In this document: positions 61,893-64,000 of the stretch, one piece after another
How positions within the stretch are numbered: position 1 is the first letter of the stretch
Layout: the number at the start of each line of letters is the position of its first letter
Source: Candidatus Cloacimonadales bacterium
GTDB lineage: Bacteria; Cloacimonadota; Cloacimonadia; Cloacimonadales; JAFGVF01
DNA: 64,000 nucleotides
Direction of reading: 5' to 3'
Assembly: GCA_963662585.1 (NCBI GenBank)
Contig: OY759729.1
Span: 2,624,001-2,688,000, forward strand
Program-made: the position numbers and the translations under genes
Notes under the pieces: generated by a model
The model's database searches: none
Told to the model about the DNA's origin: nothing
Seen by the model: only the letters and a program-made list of their open reading frames with translations

Positions 61893-63543
61893 AAGCTTAG
61901 TAATTGCTTTTTTTTTACTCTTTGTTAAGGGAGTCTTAGCTGTAAGGATAGCTGAGACAGAATTTATTGGCAATAGTGCCTTATCAAATCAAGAAATATA
62001 CTCAGTCCTGAGTTATGAGAATGGTTCTGAATTTGATTTTCAATTAGCGAATAAATCTATTGAAAATATCTATAATTTATATCGTCAAAAAGGCTATAAT
62101 TTTATTAATATCGCTCCTTTAGAAGTTATACCCCTAAAGGCTGATCAGGTAAAAATTATTTTTACTATTCAAGAATCATCTCTAAACAAAATTGCTAAAA
62201 TTACTTTTTCAGGAAACTATGCAATCAAGGATTTAATCTTTTATGAATTGCTTGCTCAACAGGATTTCTCAACAAAAGATATTAACAAGATAAAGCAAAT
62301 TATTATAGATCAATACTCTTCAAGAGGTTACTTCTTCACGGAAGTGAGTATTGAATCGATTAAGGAAAGTGAATCTGGAGCAGAATTAAATTTTCAAATT
62401 ATAGAGAATAGACCTTTTAATCATAAATATTTTAAATTTAAAGGTAATAAAGTAAGCAAGGATTACTCCTTGATTAAGATTTCCCGTCTAAGCCGTAAAT
62501 CTCAGCTTACCCCTAATGCTCTTTCTCAAAGTAGAGATAGACTGCTTGCTAAGTCTTACATTACTGAATGCTCTATTAATCCTCTTGATTATGAAACTCT
62601 GCTAATTGATATCAAAGAAGGAAAGATGACTAGCATCTCAGGTATTATGGGATATAATAGTAAAAATGATGATTATCCTTTTAGTGGTTTTCTTGATTTC
62701 TCTTTTAATAATCTCTTTGGAAGTGATAGAGTGCTAGGATTTAAATGGAATAAACTTCAGAAAGATAGAACTGATATTGAACTTACTTATCACGAAACTG
62801 GTTTAAAAGATTATTATTTCTCCTCTGATTTTGATGTTAAAAGAACTGAATATGATACTTTAGCTACCCTTTCAGAGCTTGGCTTATCTCTTAACTATGA
62901 TTTTCTTAATCAAGATATTGGTATCTATACCAAATATAGTCATTATGATGTTATTGCCTCTTCTAGTGAAGAAAATCCTGAAAAAATTACTTCAGTTGGA
63001 GTCTTTTGGCAACAAAACTACTTTGATCATCTCTATAATCCTAAAAAAGGTTATCAAGCAAGATTTGCAATAGACTATAATATGAGCTCAATCGATGATT
63101 CAAATTATAATATTAGCCGTGCATCTTTTGCCTATGCTTACTCTGTTAACAATAAATTCGTAATTTTTAATAGATTAAACACCAATTATTCCACAAAGAA
63201 GAATTTATCCAATTATAATAACTTCAAGTTAGGAGGGTTTTCTTCTTTACGAGGTTTTCAAGAGGAACAGTTCTCAGGATATATGACTGCTTGGAGTAAT
63301 CTAGAATTACGCTATTTGTTTGGTCTGAATAATAACTTATTCCTTTTTACTGATGCTGGTTATCTTGAAACAATGAGTTCTACTCTTGTCACTAAGCAAG
63401 GTCATCTATATTCAGCAGGACTAGGCCTTAGGATTGCTACTAGAGTTGGCAATCTTACCTTTGAATATGGTGTAGGCTATAATAATGGCTGGAATTCTCT
63501 CTATGATGGTTTAATCCATTTTGGTGTGGAAACAAGTTTCTAA
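61885..63543 (+). CDS. BamA/TamA (Omp85) family outer-membrane protein
   Basis: POTRA-like repeats (F.GN), NLFG, LGG..SLRGF, terminal Phe. Confidence 0.85.
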   Translation: MNRSLVIAFFLLFVKGVLAVRIAETEFIGNSALSNQEIYSVLSYENGSEFDFQLANKSIENIYNLYRQKGYNFINIAPLEVIPLKADQVKIIFTIQESSLNKIAKITFSGNYAIKDLIFYELLAQQDFSTKDINKIKQIIIDQYSSRGYFFTEVSIESIKESESGAELNFQIIENRPFNHKYFKFKGNKVSKDYSLIKISRLSRKSQLTPNALSQSRDRLLAKSYITECSINPLDYETLLIDIKEGKMTSISGIMGYNSKNDDYPFSGFLDFSFNNLFGSDRVLGFKWNKLQKDRTDIELTYHETGLKDYYFSSDFDVKRTEYDTLATLSELGLSLNYDFLNQDIGIYTKYSHYDVIASSSEENPEKITSVGVFWQQNYFDHLYNPKKGYQARFAIDYNMSSIDDSNYNISRASFAYAYSVNNKFVIFNRLNTNYSTKKNLSNYNNFKLGGFSSLRGFQEEQFSGYMTAWSNLELRYLFGLNNNLFLFTDAGYLETMSSTLVTKQGHLYSAGLGLRIATRVGNLTFEYGVGYNNGWNSLYDGLIHFGVETSF

Positions 63544-63567
63544 TATTCATTATATTAGTGATTTACC

Positions 63568-63673
63568 CTTACTTATCCCTTGCTCTTCCTTTGCTCCTTT
63601 ATACTCTTCACAAATGATATTCGCTTCTTCTTCGATTTAAGTATAAAGATGCAAGAGAAGAGGATTAAGTAAG
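63568..63673. repeat. Long pyrimidine-arm/purine-arm imperfect hairpin (copy 3, divergent)
   Basis: Nested pairings cttactta/taagtaag, ttgc/gcaa, ctttatact/agtataaag. Confidence 0.5.
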
Positions 63674-63914
63674 AGGAGAATAAACCATAGACAGGAATAA
63701 TTATTGTCCAAACTAGGGCAAATTCCAAAGGCATTTGATATTTTTAACCTAATAGAAAAAAATATCTTACAAAATTGAAATTATTGCATTTTTGGAATAA
63801 AAGTTACATATTAAATAAATATTACATGACGCCCAGTTTAACTGACCACTAATAGCCACTTAAGCTGATATTTAAACTAAGAACATATACAGACTAAATG
63901 AATAGAGGTAATGT

Positions 63915-64000
63915 ATGACTCAGAAAAAAAACTTTTTTCGTGTAGTGATCGGACTATTAATAATGCTAACACCCGTTTTAGCATTTGGACAATTTAGAGT
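63915..64000 (+). CDS. Start of a secreted protein (truncated by the window end)
   Basis: gagg RBS; MTQKKNFFRVVIGLLIMLTPVLAFGQFR looks like a signal peptide. Confidence 0.65.
   Translation, partial: MTQKKNFFRVVIGLLIMLTPVLAFGQFR

Noticed and set aside
63793..63808. Fourth sigma-54 promoter (tggaataaaagttaca)
   Set aside because: The -12 position reads AC rather than the conserved GC.

Overview
AT-rich bacterial chromosomal window, most likely Candidatus Cloacimonadota (kat-kce lysine-fermentation pair, several FlgD/T9SS-type C-terminal domain proteins). It contains: LPS-type glycosyltransferases next to a Dna2-like nuclease-helicase; tpx; an MltD-like lytic transglycosylase; a complete IS4-family element (14-bp TIR, 14-bp target duplication); a complete group IIC intron inserted just after the kce terminator; two TPR-sensor/sigma-54 regulatory modules beside secreted proteins; uvrB; REP-rich intergenic regions; and the housekeeping block pdp, rpmF-plsX-fabH-fabD-fabG-acpP-fabF-rnc-radical SAM, ispG and a BamA/TamA-like gene. 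The best candidate for an undescribed system is the operon at 9902-16650: stand-alone PqqD/RRE, ATP-grasp ligase, atypical PLP decarboxylase, urea-transporter/M23-peptidase fusion, exported TPR protein and TPR/beta-barrel protein, preceded by a sigma-54-like promoter. No separate precursor peptide is visible, but the decarboxylase N-terminus carries a lasso-leader-like YxxPx(L/I) motif. All calls come from reading motifs by eye; no database searches were run.
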